In this document: positions 29,201 through 44,275 of the stretch, in pieces
Position numbering within the stretch: the stretch's first letter is position 1
Layout of the letters: the number at the start of each line of letters is the position of its first letter
Assembly (NCBI GenBank): GCA_964016885.1
Contig: OZ024741.1
Coordinates: forward strand, 261,206,001 to 261,270,000
Reading direction: 5' to 3'
Origin: Eledone cirrhosa
Taxonomy: Eukaryota
DNA length: 64,000 bases
The notes under the pieces: generated by a model
The model's input: only the letters and a program-made list of their open reading frames with translations
What the model was told of the DNA's origin: nothing
Databases searched by the model: none
Position numbers and translations under genes: made by a program

Positions 29201-29364
29201 TAAGAGTGTTCTGATTTACGAGTGTTCTGACTTGCGGGTGTTCTGATTTACGAGTGTTCCGACTTACGAGTGTTTCGGCTTATTAGTGTTTCGACTTACG
29301 AGTGTTTCGGCTTACGAGTGTTTCGACTTATGGGTGTTTCGACATACGAGTGTTTTTACTTACG
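26225..29364 (+). repeat. Tandem duplication with 1631-bp period (related third copy near 33570-35000)
   Basis: 26343/27974, 26550/28181 and 27079/28710; shared TTTGGGC and TTAACTGTG variants, also seen at about 33620-33730. Confidence 0.9.
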
Positions 29365-31002
29365 AGTGGTTCGGCGTACGAGTGTTTTGACTTACGAGTG
29401 TTTCGACTTACGAGTGTTTCGACTTATGAGTATTTCGGCTTACGTGAGTTTCGACTTAAGAGTGTTCTGATTTACGAGTGTTCTGACTTGCGGGTGTTCT
29501 GATTTACGAGTGTTCCGACTTACGAGTGTTTCGGCTTATTAGTGTTTCGACTTACGAGTGTTTCGGCTTACGAGTGTTTCGACTTATGGGTGTTTCGACA
29601 TACGAGTGTTTTTACTTACGGTGTTTCGGCTTACGAGTGTTTCGACATACGAGTGTTTTGACTTACGGGTGTTTCGACTTACGAGTGTTTTGACTTACGA
29701 ATGTTTTGACTTACGGGTGTTTCGGCTTACGAGTGTTTAGACTTACGAGTGTTTCGGCTTACGAGTGTTTCGACTTACTAATGTTCTTACTTACGAGTGT
29801 TTCGGCGTACGAGAGTTTTGACTTACGAGTGTTTCGACTTACGAGTGTTTAGACTTACGAGTGTTTTGACTTACGAATGTTGTGACTTACGGGTGTTTCG
29901 GCTTACGAGTGTTTCGACTTACGAGTCTTTCGGCTTACGAGTGTTTCGACTTACTAATGTTTTTACTTACGAGTGTTTCGGCGTTCGAGTGTTTTGACTT
30001 ACGAGTGTTTCGACTTACGAGTGTTTTGACTTACGAGTGTTCTGACTTGCGGGTGTTCTGATTTACGAATGTTCCGACTTACGAGTGTTTCGTCTTATGA
30101 GTGTTTCGACTTACGAGTGTTTCGACTTACGAGTGTTTCGATTTACGGGTGTTTTGACTTACGGGTGTTTCGGCTTACGAGTGTTTTGATTTACGAGTGT
30201 TTTGACTTAAGGGTGTTTCGACTTACGAGTATTTCTGGCTTACGAGTGTTTCGACTTACGAGTGTTTTGACTTACGAGTGTTCTGATTTACGGATGTTTC
30301 GACATACGAGTGTTTCGACTTACGAGTGTTTCGACTTATGAGTGTTTCGACTTACGAGTGTTTCGGCTTATGAGTGTTTCGACTTACGAGTGCTTCGGCT
30401 TACGAGTGTTTCGACTTACGAGTATTTCGGCTTACGAGTGTTTCGACGTACGAATGTTTTGGCTTACGAGTGTTTCGGCTTATGAGTGTTTCGGCTTACG
30501 AGTGTTTCGACTTACGAGTGTTTCGGCTTACGAGTGTTTCAGTGTTTCGGCTTACGTGTGTTTCGACTTACGAGTGTTTCGACTTACGACTATTTCGGCT
30601 TACGAGTGTATCGGCTTACGAGTGTTTCGGCTTACGAGTGTTTTGACTTACGAGTGTTTTGACTTACGATTGTTTGGCTTACGAGTGTTCTGACTTACGG
30701 GTGTTCTGACTTACGAGTGTTCCGACTTACGAGTGTTTCGGCTTACGAGTGTTTCGGCTTACGAGTGTTTCGACTTACGGGTGTTTCGACTTACGAGTGG
30801 TTTGGCTTACGGTGTTTCGGCTTACGAGTGTTTCGAGTTACGAGTGTTTTGACTTACGCGTGTTTTGACATACGAGTGTTTCGATACGAGTGTTCTGACT
30901 TACGAGTGTTCTGACTTACGAGTGTTCTGACTTACGAGTGTTCCGACTTTACGAGTGTTTCGGCTCACGAGTGTTTCGGCTTACGAGTGTTTCGACTTAC
31001 GA

Positions 31003-31079
31003 AAATAACAAATAGACGCGGTTTCAAATCTCTATGATTTTCAAATTCATTACATTAATCTTTATTTATACGTTTCGCT
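31003..31079 (+). repeat. 77-bp linker, copy 7 (haplotype B)
   Basis: Direct match; offset 6675 from copy 6. Confidence 0.97.
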
Positions 31080-34000
31080 TTACGAGTGTTTCGACTTACG
31101 AGTGTTTCGACATACGAGTGTTTCGACTTCCGAATGTTTTTGTTTACGGGTGTTTCGACTTACGAATGTTTCGGCTTACGAGTGTTTCGGCTTACGAGTG
31201 TTCCGACTTAGGAGTGTTTCGGCTTACGAGTGTTTCCGGCTTACGAGTGTTTCGACTTACGAGTGATTCGACTTACGAGTGTCTTGACTTACGGGTGTTC
31301 CGACTTACCAGTGTTCCGATTTACGAGTGTTTTGACTTACGGTGTTTCGGCTTGCGAGTGTTTCGACTTACGAGTGTTTCGGCTTTTGAGTGTTTCGACT
31401 TACTAATGTTTTTACTTACGAGTGTTTCGGCGTTCGAGTGTTTTGACTTACGAGTGTTTCGACTTACGAGTGTTTTGACTTACGAGTGTTCTGACTTACG
31501 AGTGTTCTGACTTACGAGTGTTCCGACTTACGAGTGTTTCGGTTTACGAGTGTTTCGACATACGAGTGTTTTGACTTACGGGTGTTTCGACTTACGAGTG
31601 TTTCGGCTTACGAGTGTTTCGACTTACTAATGTTTTTACTTACGAGTGTTTCGGTGTACGAATGTTTTGACTTAAGGATGTTTCGACTTACGAGTGTTTC
31701 GACTTACGAGTGTTTCGGCTTACGTGAGTTTCGACTTAAGAGTGTTCTGATTTACGAGTGTTCTGGCTTGCGGGTGTTCTGATTTACGAGTGTTTCGGCT
31801 TACGAGTGTTTCGACTTATGGGTGTTTTGACTTACGAGTGTTTTTACTTACGGTGTTTCGGCTTACGAGTGTTTCGACATACGAGTGTTTTGACTTACGG
31901 GTGTTTCGGCTTATGAGTGTTTCGACTTACTAATGTTTTTACTTACGAGTGTTTCGGCGTACGAGAGTTTTGACTTACGAGTGTTTCGACTTACGAGTGT
32001 TTTGACTTACGAATGTTTTGACTTACGGGTGTTTCGGCTTATGAGTGTTTCGACTTACGAGTCTTTCGGCTTACGAGTGTTTCGACTTACTAATGTTTTT
32101 ACTTACGAGTGTTTCGGCGTACGAGTGTTTCGACTTAAGAGTGTTTCGACTTACGGGTGTTTTGACTTACTGGTGTTTCGGCTTACGAGTGTTTCGACTT
32201 ACGAGTGTTTTGACTTAAGGGTGTTTCGACTTACGAGTATTTTTGACTTACGAGTGTTTCGACTTACGAGTGTTTTGACTTACGAGTGTCCTGATTTACG
32301 GATGTTTCGACATACTAGTGTTTCGACTTACGAGTGTTTCGACTTATGAGTGTTTCGACTTACGAGTGTTTCGGCTTACGAGTGTTTCGACTTACGAGTG
32401 TTTTGACTTACGGTGTTTCGGCTTACGAGTGTTTCGACTTACCAGTGTTTTGACTTACGGGTGTTTTGACATACGAGTGTTTCGATACGAGTGTTCTGAC
32501 TTACGAGTGTTCTGATTTACGAGTGTTTTGACTTACGAGTGTTCTGACTTACGAGTGTTCCGACTTACGAGTGTTTCGGCTTACGAGTGTTTCGACTTAC
32601 GAGTGTTTTGACTTACGAATGTTTTGACTTACGGGTGTTTCGGCTTACGAGTGTTTCGACTTACGAGTCTTTCGGCTTACGAGTGTTTCGGCGTACGAGT
32701 GTTTCGACTTACGAGTGTTTCGACTTACGGGTGTTTTGACTTACGAGTATTTTTGGCTTACGAGTGTTTCGACTTACAAGTGTTTTGAATTACGAGTGTT
32801 CTGATTTACGGATGTTTCGACATACGAGTGTTTCGACTTACGAGTGTTTCGACTTATGAGTGTTTCGACTTACGAGTGTTTCGACTTACGAGTGTTTCGG
32901 CTTATGAGTGTTTCGACTTACGAGTGTTTTGACTTACGGTGTTTCGGCTTACGAGTGTTTCGACTTACGAGTGTTTTGACTTACGGGTGTTTTGACATAC
33001 GAGTGTTTCGACTTACGTGAGTTTCGACTTAAGAGTGTTCTGATTTACGAGTGTTCTGACTTGCGGGTGTTCTGATTTACGAGTGTTCCGACTTACGAGT
33101 GTTTCGGCTTATTAGTGTTTCGACTTACGAGTGTTTCGGCTTACGAGTGTTTCGACTTATGGGTGTTTCGACATACGAGTGTTTTTACTTACGAGTGGTT
33201 CGGCGTACGAGTGTTTTGACTTACGAGTGTTTCGACTTACGAGTGTTTCGACTTATGAGTATTTCGGCTTACGTGAGTTTCGACTTAAGAGTGTTCTGAT
33301 TTACGAGTGTTCTGACTTGCGGGTGTTCTGATTTACGAGTGTTCCGACTTACGAGTGTTTCGGCTTATTAGTGTTTCGACTTACGAGTGTTTCGGCTTAC
33401 GAGTGTTTCGACTTATGGGTGTTTCGACATACGAGTGTTTTTACTTACGGTGTTTCGGCTTACGAGTGTTTCGACATACGAGTGTTTTGACTTACGGGTT
33501 TTCGACTTACGAGTGTTTTGACTTACGAATGTTTTGACTTACGGGTGTTTCGGCTTACGAGTGTTTAGACTTACGAGTGTTTCGACTTACGAGTGTTTCG
33601 GCTTACGTGAGTTTCGACTTAACTGTGTTCTAATTTACGAGTGTTCTGACTTGCGGGTGTTCTGATTTACGAGTGTTCCGACTTACGAGTGTTTCGGCTT
33701 ATGAGTGTTTCGACTTACGAGTGTTTGGGCTTACGAGTGTTTCGACTTATGGGTGTTTCGACTTACGAGTGTTTTTACTTACGGTGTTTCGGCTTACGAG
33801 TGTTTCGACTTACGAGTGTTTTGACTTACGAATGTTTTGACTTACGGGTGTTTCGGCTTACGAGTGTTTCGACTTACTAATGTTCTTACTTACGAGTGTT
33901 TCGGCGTACGAGAGTTTTGACTTACGAGTGTTTCGACTTACGAGTGTTTCGACTTAAGAGTGTTTTGACTTACGAATGTTTTGACTTACGCGTGTTTCGG

Positions 34001-36628
34001 CTTACGAGTGTTTCGACTTACGAGTCTTTCGGCTTACGAGTGTTTCGACTTACTAATGTTTTTACTTACCAGTGTTTCGGCGTACGAGTGTTTCGACTTA
34101 CGAGTGTTTCGACTTACGGGTGTTTTGACTTACGGGTGTTTCGGCTTACGAGTGTTTTGACTTACGAGAATTTTGACTTAAGGGTGTTTCGACTTACGAG
34201 TATTTTTGGCTTACGAGTGTTTCGACTTACGAGTGTTTTGACTTACGAGTGTTCTGATTTACGGATGTTTCGACATACGAGTGTTTCGACTTACGAGTGT
34301 TTCGACTTATGAGTGTTTCGACTTACGAGTGTTTCGGCTTACGTGAGTTTCGACTTAAGAGTGTTCTGATTTACGAGTGTTCTGACTTGCGGGTGTTCTG
34401 ATTTACGAATGTTCCGACTTACGAGTGTTTCGTCTTATGAGTGTTTTGACTTACGGGTGTTTCGGCTTACGAGTGTTTCGACTTACGAGTCTTTCGGCTT
34501 ACGAGTGTTTCGGCGTACGAGTGTTTCGACTTACGAGTGTTTCGACTTACGGGTGTTTTGACTTACGAGTATTTTTGGCTTACGAGTGTTTCGACTTACA
34601 AGTGTTTTGAATTACGAGTGTTCTGATTTACGGATGTTTCGACATACGAGTGTTTCGACTTACGAGTGTTTCGACTTATGAGTGTTTCGACTTACGAGTG
34701 TTTCGACTTACGAGTGTTTCGGCTTATGAGTGTTTCGACTTACGAGTGTTTTGACTTACGGTGTTTCGGCTTACGAGTGTTTCGACTTACGAGTGTTTTG
34801 ACTTACGGGTGTTTTGACATACGAGTGTTTCGACTTACGTGAGTTTCGACTTAAGAGTGTTCTGATTTACGAGTGTTCTGACTTGCGGGTGTTCTGATTT
34901 ACGAGTGTTCCGACTTACGAGTGTTTCGGCTTATTAGTGTTTCGACTTACGAGTGTTTCGGCTTACGAGTGTTTCGACTTATGGGTGTTTCGACATACGA
35001 GTGTTTTTACTTACGAGTGGTTCGGCGTACGAGTGTTTTGACTTACGAGTGTTTCGACTTACGAGTGTTTCGACTTATGAGTATTTCGGCTTACGTGAGT
35101 TTCGACTTAAGAGTGTTCTGATTTACGAGTGTTCTGACTTGCGGGTGTTCTGATTTACGAGTGTTCCGACTTACGAGTGTTTCGGCTTATTAGTGTTTCG
35201 ACTTACGAGTGTTTCGGCTTACGAGTGTTTCGACTTATGGGTGTTTCGACATACGAGTGTTTTTACTTACGGTGTTTCGGCTTACGAGTGTTTCGACATA
35301 CGAGTGTTTTGACTTACGGGTTTTCGACTTACGAGTGTTTTGACTTACGAATGTTTTGACTTACGGGTGTTTCGGCTTACGAGTGTTTAGACTTACGAGT
35401 GTTTCGGCTTACGAGTGTTTCGACTTACTAATGTTCTTACTTACGAGTGTTTCGGCGTACGAGAGTTTTGACTTACGAGTGTTTCGACTTACGAGTGTTT
35501 CGACTTACGAGTGTTTTGACTTACGAATGTTGTGACTTACGGGTGTTTCGGCTTACGAGTGTTTCGACTTACGAGTCTTTCGGCTTACGAGTGTTTCGAC
35601 TTACTAATGTTTTTACTTACGAGTGTTTCGGCGTTCGAGTGTTTTGAGTTACGAGTGTTTCGACTTACGAGTGTTTTGACTTACGAGTGTTCTGACTTGC
35701 GGGTGTTCTGATTTACGAATGTTCCGACTTACGAGTGTTTCGTCTTATGAGTGTTTCGACTTACGAGTGTTTCGACTTACGAGTGTTTCGATTTACGGGT
35801 GTTTTGACTTACGGGTGTTTCGGCTTACGATTGTTTTGATTTACGAGTGTTTTGACTTAAGGGTGTTTCGACTTACGAGTATTTCTGGCTTACGAGTGTT
35901 TCGACTTACGAGTGTTTTGACTTACGAGTGTTCTGATTTACGGATGTTTCGACATACGAGTGTTTCGACTTACGAGTGTTTCGACTTATGAGTGTTTCGA
36001 CTTACGAGTGTTTCGGCTTATGAGTGTTTCGACTTACGAGTGCTTCGGCTTACGAGTGTTTCGACTTACGAGTATTTCGGCTTACGAGTGTTTCGACGTA
36101 CGAATGTTTTGGCTTACGAGTGTTTCGGCTTATGAGTGTTTCGGCTTACGAGTGTTTCGACTTACGAGTGTTTCGGCTTACGTGTGTTTCGACTTACGAG
36201 TGTTTCGACTTACGACTGTTTCGGCTTACGAGTGTATCGGCTTACGAGTGTTTCGGCTTACGAGTGTTTTGACTTACGAGTGTTTTGACTTACGATTGTT
36301 TGGCTTACGAGTGTTCTGACTTACGGGTGTTCTGACTTACGAGTGTTCTGACTTACGAGTGTTTCGGCTTACGAGTGTTTCGGCTTACGAGTGTTTCGAC
36401 TTACGGGTGTTTCGACTTACGAGTGGTTTGGCTTACGGTGTTTCGGCTTACGAGTGTTTCGAGTTACGAGTGTTTTGACTTACGCGTGTTTTGACATACG
36501 AGTGTTTCGATACGAGTGTTCTGACTTACGAGTGTTCTGACTTACGAGTGTTCTGACTTACGAGTGTTCCGACTTTACGAGTGTTTCGGCTCACGAGTGT
36601 TTCGGCTTACGAGTGTTTCGACTTACGA

Positions 36629-36705
36629 AAATAACAAATAGACGCGGTTTCAAATCTCTATGATTTTCAAATTCATTACATTAATCTTTATTTATACGTT
36701 TCGCT
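36629..36705 (+). repeat. 77-bp linker, copy 8 (haplotype B)
   Basis: Direct match; offset 5626 from copy 7. Confidence 0.97.
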
Positions 36706-39700
36706 TTACGAGTGTTTCGACTTACGAGTGTTTCGACATACGAGTGTTTCGACTTCCGAATGTTTTTGTTTACGGGTGTTTCGACTTACGAATGTTTCGG
36801 CTTACGAGTGTTTCGGCTTACGAGTGTTCCGACTTAGGAGTGTTTCGGCTTACGAGTGTTTCCGGCTTACGAGTGTTTCGACTTACGAGTGATTCGACTT
36901 ACGAGTGTTTTGACTTACGGGTGTTCCGACTTACCAGTGTTCCGATTTACGAGTGTTTTGACTTACGGTGTTTCGGCTTGCGAGTGTTTCGACTTACGAG
37001 TGTTTCGGCTTTTGAGTGTTTCGACTTACTAATGTTTTTACTTACGAGTGTTTCGGCGTTCGAGTGTTTTGACTTACGAGTGTTTCGACTTACGAGTGTT
37101 TTGACTTACGAGTGTTCTGACTTACGAGTGTTCTGACTTACGAGTGTTCCGACTTACGAGTGTTTCGGTTTACGAGTGTTTCGACATACGAGTGTTTTGA
37201 CTTACGGGTGTTTCGACTTACGAGTGTTTCGGCTTACGAGTGTTTCGACTTACTAATGTTTTTACTTACGAGTGTTTCGGTGTACGAATGTTTTGACTTA
37301 AGGATGTTTCGACTTACGAGTGTTTCGACTTACGAGTGTTTCGGCTTACGTGAGTTTCGACTTAAGAGTGCTCTGATTTACGAGTGTTCTGACTTGCGGG
37401 TGTTCTGATTTACGAGTGTTTCGGCTTACGAGTGTTTCGACTTATGGGTGTTTTGACTTACGAGTGTTTTTACTTACGGTGTTTCGGCTTACGAGTGTTT
37501 CGACATACGAGTGTTTTGACTTACGGGTGTTTCGGCTTATGAGTGTTTCGACTTACTAATGTTTTTACTTACGAGTGTTTCGGCGTACGAGAGTTTTGAC
37601 TTACGAGTGTTTCGACTTACGAGTGTTTTGACTTACGAATGTTTTGACTTACGGGTGTTTCGGCTTATGAGTGTTTCGACTTACGAGTCTTTCGGCTTAC
37701 GAGTGTTTCGACTTACTAATGTTTTTACTTACGAGTGTTTCGGCGTACGAGTGTTTCGACTTAAGAGTGTTTCGACTTACGGGTGTTTTGACTTACTGGT
37801 GTTTCGGCTTACGAGTGTTTCGACTTACGAGTGTTTTGACTTAAGGGTGTTTCGACTTACGAGTATTTTTGACTTACGAGTGTTTCGACTTACGAGTGTT
37901 TTGACTTACGAGTGTCCTGATTTACGGATGTTTCGACATACTAGTGTTTCGACTTACGAGTGTTTCGACTTATGAGTGTTTCGACTTACGAGTGTTTCGG
38001 CTTACGAGTGTTTCGACTTACGAGTGTTTTGACTTACGGTGTTTCGGCTTACGAGTGTTTCGACTTACCAGTGTTTTGACTTACGGGTGTTTTGACATAC
38101 GAGTGTTTCGATACGAGTGTTCTGACTTACGAGTGTTCTGACTTACGAGTGTTTTGACTTACGAGTGTTCTGACTTACGAGTGTTCCGACTTACGAGTGT
38201 TTCGGCTTACGAGTGTTTCCGGCTTACGAGTGTTTCGACTTCCGAGTGTTTTGACTTACGGTGTTTCGGCTTACGAGTGATTCGACTTACGAGTGTTTTG
38301 ACTTACGGGTGATTTGACTTACGGGTGTTGTGAATTACGAGTGTTCCGATTTACGAGTGTTTTGACTTACGGTGTTTCGGCTTACGAGTGATTCGACTTA
38401 CGAATGTTTTGACTTACGGGTGTTTCGGCTTGCGAGTGTTTCGATTTACGAGTGTTTCGGCTTATGGGTGTTTCGACTTACTAATGTTTTTACTTACGAG
38501 TGTTTCGGCGTACGAGTGTTTTGACTTACGAGTGTTTCGACTTACGAGTGTTTCGACTTACGAGTGTTTCGGCTTACGTGAGTTTCGACTTAACTGTGTT
38601 CTGATTTACGAGTGTTCTGACTTGCGGGTGTTCTGATTTACGAGTGTTCCGACTTACGAGTGTTTCGGCTTATGAGTGTTTCGACTTATGGGTGTTTCGA
38701 CTTACGAGTGTTTTTACTTACGGTGTTTCGGCTTACGAGTGTTTCGACATACGAGTGTTTTGACTTACGGGTGTTTCGACTTACGAGTGTTTTGACTTAC
38801 GAATGTTTTGACTTACGGGTGTTTCGGCTTACGAGTGTTTCGACTTACTAATGTTCTTACTTACGAGTGTTTCGGCGTACGAGAGTTTTGACTTACGAGT
38901 GTTTCGACTTACGAGTGTTTCGACTTACGAGTGTTTTGACTTACGAATGTTTTGACTTACGGGTGTTTCGGCTTACGAGTGTTTCGACTTACGAGTCTTT
39001 CGGCTTACGAGTGTTTCGACTTACTAATGTTTTTACTTACGAGTGTTTCGGCGTACGAGTGTTTCGACTTACGAGTGTTTCGACTTACGGGTGTTTTGAC
39101 TTACGGGTGTTTCGGCTTACGAGTGTTTTGACTTACGAGTGTTTTGACTTAAGGGTGTTTCGACTTACGAGTATTTTTGGCTTACGAGTGTTTCGACTTA
39201 CGAGTGTTTTGACTTACGAGTGTTCTGATTTACGGATGTTTCGACATACGAGTGTTTCGACTTACGAGTGTTTCGACTTATGAGTGTTTCGACTTACGAG
39301 TGTTTCGGCTTATGAGTGTTTCGACTTACGAGTGTTTCGGCTTACGTGAGTTTCGACTTAAGAGTGTTCTGATTTACGAGTGTTCTGACTTGCGGGTGTC
39401 CTGATTTACGAATGTTCCGACTTACGAGTGTTTCGTCTTATGAGTGTTTCGACTTACGAGTCTTTCGGCTTACGAGTGTTTCGGCGTACGAGTGTTTCGA
39501 CTTACGAGTGTTTCGACTTACGGGTGTTTTGACTTACGGGTGTTTCGGCTTACGAGTGTTTTGACTTACGGGTGTTTTGACTTAAGAGTGTTTCGACTTA
39601 CGAGTCTTTCGGCTTACGAGTGTTTCGGCGTACGAGTGTTTCGACTTACGAGTGTTTCGACTTACGGGTGTTTTGACTTACGAGTATTTTTGGCTTACGA

Positions 39701-41828
39701 GTGTTTCGACTTACAAGTGTTTTGAATTACGAGTGTTCTGATTTACGGATGTTTCGACATACGAGTGTTTCGACTTACGAGTGTTTCGACTTATGAGTGT
39801 TTCGACTTACGAGTGTCTCGACTTACGAGTGTTTGGGCTTATGAGTGTTTCGACTTACGAGTGTTTTGACTTACGGTGTTTCGGCTTACGAGTGTTTCGA
39901 CTTACGAGTGTTTTGACTTACGGGTGTTTTGACATACGAGTGTTTCGATACGAGTGTTCTGACTTACGAGTGTTCTGACTTACGAGTGTTTTGACTTACG
40001 AGTGTTCTGACTTACGAGTGTTCCGACTTACGAGTGTTCCGACATACGAGTGTTTCGGCTTACGAGTGTTTCCGGCTTACGAGTGTTTCGACTTACGACT
40101 GTTTTGACTTACGGTGTTTCGGCTTACGAGTGATTCGACTTACGAGTGTTTTGACTTACGGGTGTTTTGACTTACGGGTGTTGTGAATTACGAGTGTTCC
40201 GATTTACGAGTGTTTCGGCTTATGAGTGTTTCGACTTACGAGTGTTTCGGCTTACGAGTGTTTCGACTTATGGGTGTTTCGACTTACGAGTGTTTTTACT
40301 TACGGTGTTTCGGCTTACGAGTGTTTCGACATACGAGTGTTCAGACTTACGAGTGTTCCGACTTACGAGCGTTCCGACTTACGAGTGTTTCGACTTACGA
40401 GTGTTAAGACTTACGGGTGTTTTGACATACGAGTGTTTCGATACGAGTGTTTCGACTTACGAGTGTTACGAGTGTTCTGACTTACGAGTGTTCTGACTTA
40501 CGAGTGTTCTGACTTACGAGTGTTCTGACTTACGAGCGTTCTGACTTACGAGTGTTCCGACTTACGAGTGTTTCGGCTTCGAGTGTTTCGACTTACAAGT
40601 GTTCCGACTTACGAGTGTTTCGACTTACGAGTGTTTTAACTTACGGTGTTTCTGCTTACGAGTGTTTCGACTTACGAGTGTTAAGACTTACGGGTGTTTT
40701 GACATACGAGTGTTTCGATACGAGTGTTTCGACTTACGAGTGTTACGAGTGTTCTGACTTACGAGTGATTCGACTTACGAGTGTTCTGACCTACAAGTGT
40801 TCTGACTTACGAGTGTTTCGACTTACGATTGTTTTTTTCACTTACGGGTGTTTCGACTTACGCGTGTTTCGATTTACGAGTGTTTAGACTTACGAGTGTT
40901 TCGACTACGAATGTTCCGACTTACGAGTGTTTCGACTTACGAGTGTTTCGACTTACGGGTGTTCCGACTTACGAGTGTTTCGGCTTACGATTGTTTCGAG
41001 TTACGAGTGTTTCGGTTTACGAGTGTTTCGACTTACGGGTGTTTTGACTTACGGTGTTTCGGCTTACGAGTGTTTTGACTTACGAGTGTTTTGACTTACG
41101 GGTGTTTTGACATACGAGTGTTTCGATACGAGTGTTCTGACTTACGAGTGTTCTGACTTACGAGTGTTCTGACTTACGAGTGGTCTGACTTACGGGTGTT
41201 CTGACTTACGAGTGTTCCGACTTACGAGTGTTTCAGCTTATGAGTGTTTCGACTTACGAGTGCTTCGGTTTACGAGTGTTTCGACTTACGAGTGTTTTGA
41301 CTTATGGTGTTTCGGCTTACGAGTGTTTCGACATACGAGTGTTTTGACTTACGGGTGTTTCGACTTACGGGTGTTTCGACGTAAGAGTGTTTCGACTTAC
41401 GAGCGCTTCGACATACGAGTGTTTCGACTTACGAGTGTTTCGGCGTACGAGTGTTTTGACTTACGAGTGCTTTGACTTACGAATGTTTTGAATTACTTCG
41501 ACTTACGAGTGATCTGACTTTCGAGTGTTCCTACTTACGAGTGTTTCGACATACGAGTGTTTCGACTTGCGAGTGTTTCGACTTACGAGTGTTTCGACTT
41601 ACGAGTGTTCTGACTTACGAGTGTTCTGACTTACGAGTGTTCTGACTTACGGGTGTTTCGCCTTACGAGTGTTTCGACTTACGAGTGTTTTAACTTACGG
41701 GTGTTTCGACTTACGCGTGTTTCGACTTACCAGTGTTTCGACTTACGAGTGTTTCGACTTACGAATGTTCCGACTTACGAGTGTTTCTACTTACGAGTGT
41801 TTCGGCTTACGAGTGTTTCGACTTACGA

Positions 41829-41905
41829 AAATAACAAATAGACGCGGTTTCAAATATCTATGCTTTTCAAATTCATTACATTAATCTTTATTTATACGTT
41901 TCGCT
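41829..41905 (+). repeat. 77-bp linker, copy 9 (haplotype A')
   Basis: Direct match to copy 4. Confidence 0.97.
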
Positions 41906-44275
41906 TTACGAGTGTTTCGGCGTACGAGTGTTTCGACTTACGAGTGTTTTAACTTACGGTTGTTTCGACTTAGCCGTTTTTCGACTACGAATGTTCCGAC
42001 TTACGAGTGTTTCGACTTACGAGTGTTTCGACTTACGAGTGCTTTGACTTACGAATGTTTTGACTTACTTCGACTTACGAGTGATCTGACTTACGAGTGT
42101 TCCTACTTACGAGTGTTTCGACTTACGAGTGTTTCGACTTGCGAGTGTTTCGACTTACGAGTGTTTCGGCTTACGAGTGTTTCGGTGTTTCGGCTTATGA
42201 GTGTTTCGACTTACGAGTGCTTCGGCTTACGGGTGTTTCGACTTACGAGTATTTCGGCTTACGAGTGTTTCGACGTACGAATGTTTTGGCATACGAGTGT
42301 TTCGGCTTATGAGTGTTTCGGCTTACGAGTGTTTCGACTTACGAGTGTTTCGGCTTACGAGTGTTTCAGTGTTTCGGCTTACGTGTGTTTCGACTTACGA
42401 GTGTTTCGACTTAGGACTGTTTCGGCTTACGAGTGTTTCGGCTTACGAGTGTTTCGGCTTATGAGGGTTTCGACTTACGAGTGCTTCGGCTTACGAGTGT
42501 TTCGACTTACGAGTGTTTCGGCTTACGAGTGTTTCGACTTCCGAGTGTTTTGACTTACGGTGTTTCGGCTTACGAGTGATTCGACTTACGAGTGTTTTGA
42601 CTTACGGGTGATTTGACTTACGGGTGTTGTGAATTACGAGTGTTCCGATTTACGAGTGTTTTGACTTACGGTGTTTCGGCTTACGAGTGATTCGACTTAC
42701 GAATGTTTTGACTTACGGGTGTTTCGGCTTGCGAGTGTTTCGACTTACGAGTGTTTCGGCTTATGGGTGTTTCGACTTACTAATGTTTTTACTTACGAGT
42801 GGTTCGGCGTACGAGTGTTTTGACTTACGAGTGTTTCGACTTACGAGTGTTTCGACTTATGAGTGTTTCGGCTTACGTGAGTTTCGACTTAAGAGTGTTC
42901 TGATTTACGAGTGTTCTGACTTGCGGGTGTTCTGATTTACGAGTGTTCCGACTTACGAGTGTTTCGGCTTATTAGTGTTTCGACTTACCAGTGTTTCGGC
43001 TTACGAGTGTTTCGACTTATGGGTGTTTCGACTTACGAGTGTTTTTACTTACGGTGTTTCGGCTTACGAGTGTTTCGACATACGAGTGTTTTGACTTACG
43101 GGTGTTTCGACTTACGAGTGTTTTGACTTACGAATGTTTTGACTTACGGGTGTTTCGGCTTACGAGTGTTTCGACTTACGAGTGTTTCGGCTTACGAGTG
43201 TTTCGACTTACTAATGTTCTTACTTACGAGTGTTTCGGCGTACGAGAGTTTTGACTTACGAGTGTTTCGACTTACGAGTGTTTCGACTTACGAGTGTTTT
43301 GACTTACGAATGTTTTGACTTACGGGTGTTTCGGCTTACGAGTGTTTCGACTTACGAGTCTTTCGGCTTACGAGTGTTTCGACTTACTAATCTTTTTACT
43401 TACGAGTGTTTCGGCGTACGAGTGTTTCGACTTACGAGTGTTTTGACTTAAGGGTGTTTCGACTTACGAGTGTTTTGACTTAAGGGTGTTTCGACTTACG
43501 AGTATTTCTGGCTTGCGAGTGTTTCGACTTACGAGTGTTTTGACTTACGAGTGTTCTGATTTACGGATGTTTCGACATACGAGTGTTTCGACTTACGAGT
43601 GTTTCGACTTATGAGTGTTTCGACTTACGAGTGTTTCGGCTTATGAGTGTTTCGACTTACGAGTGCTTCGGCTTACGAGTGTTTCGACTTACAAGTATTT
43701 CGGCTTACGAGTGTTTCGACGTACGAATGTTTTGGCTTACGAGTGTTTCGGCTTATGAGTGTTTCGGCTTACGAGTGTTTCGACTTACGAGTGTTTCGGC
43801 TTACGAGTGTTTCAGTGTTTCGGCTTACGTGTGTTTCGACTTACGAGTGTTTCGACTTACGACTGTTTCGGCTTACGAGTGTATCGGCTTACGAGTGTTT
43901 CGGCTTACGAGTGTTTTGACTTACGAGTGTTTTGACTTACGATTGTTTGGCTTACGAGTGTTCTGACTTACGGGTGTTCTGACTTACGAGTGTTCCGACT
44001 TACGAGTGTTTCGGCTTACGAGTGTTTCGGCTTACGAGTGTTTCGACTTACGGGTGTTTCGACTTACGAGTGGTTTGGCTTACGGTGTTTCGGCTTACGA
44101 GTGTTTCGAGTTACGAGTGTTTTGACTTACGCGTGTTTTGACATACGAGTGTTTCGATACGAGTGTTCTGACTTACGAGTGTTCTGACTTACGAGTGTTC
44201 TGACTTACGAGTGTTCCGACTTTACGAGTGTTTCGGCTCACGAGTGTTTCGGCTTACGAGTGTTTCGACTTACGA

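Larger units (their letters stand above)
23480..38215 (+). repeat. Three dispersed copies of a ~2.4-kb linker-B-containing block (~23480-25915, ~30120-32590, ~35770-38215)
   Basis: ORF-track matches 24359/31034/36660, 25258/31933/37559 and 25643/32318/37944; shared rare variants GTATCGG, GACTTTACG, GGCTCACG. Confidence 0.9.
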
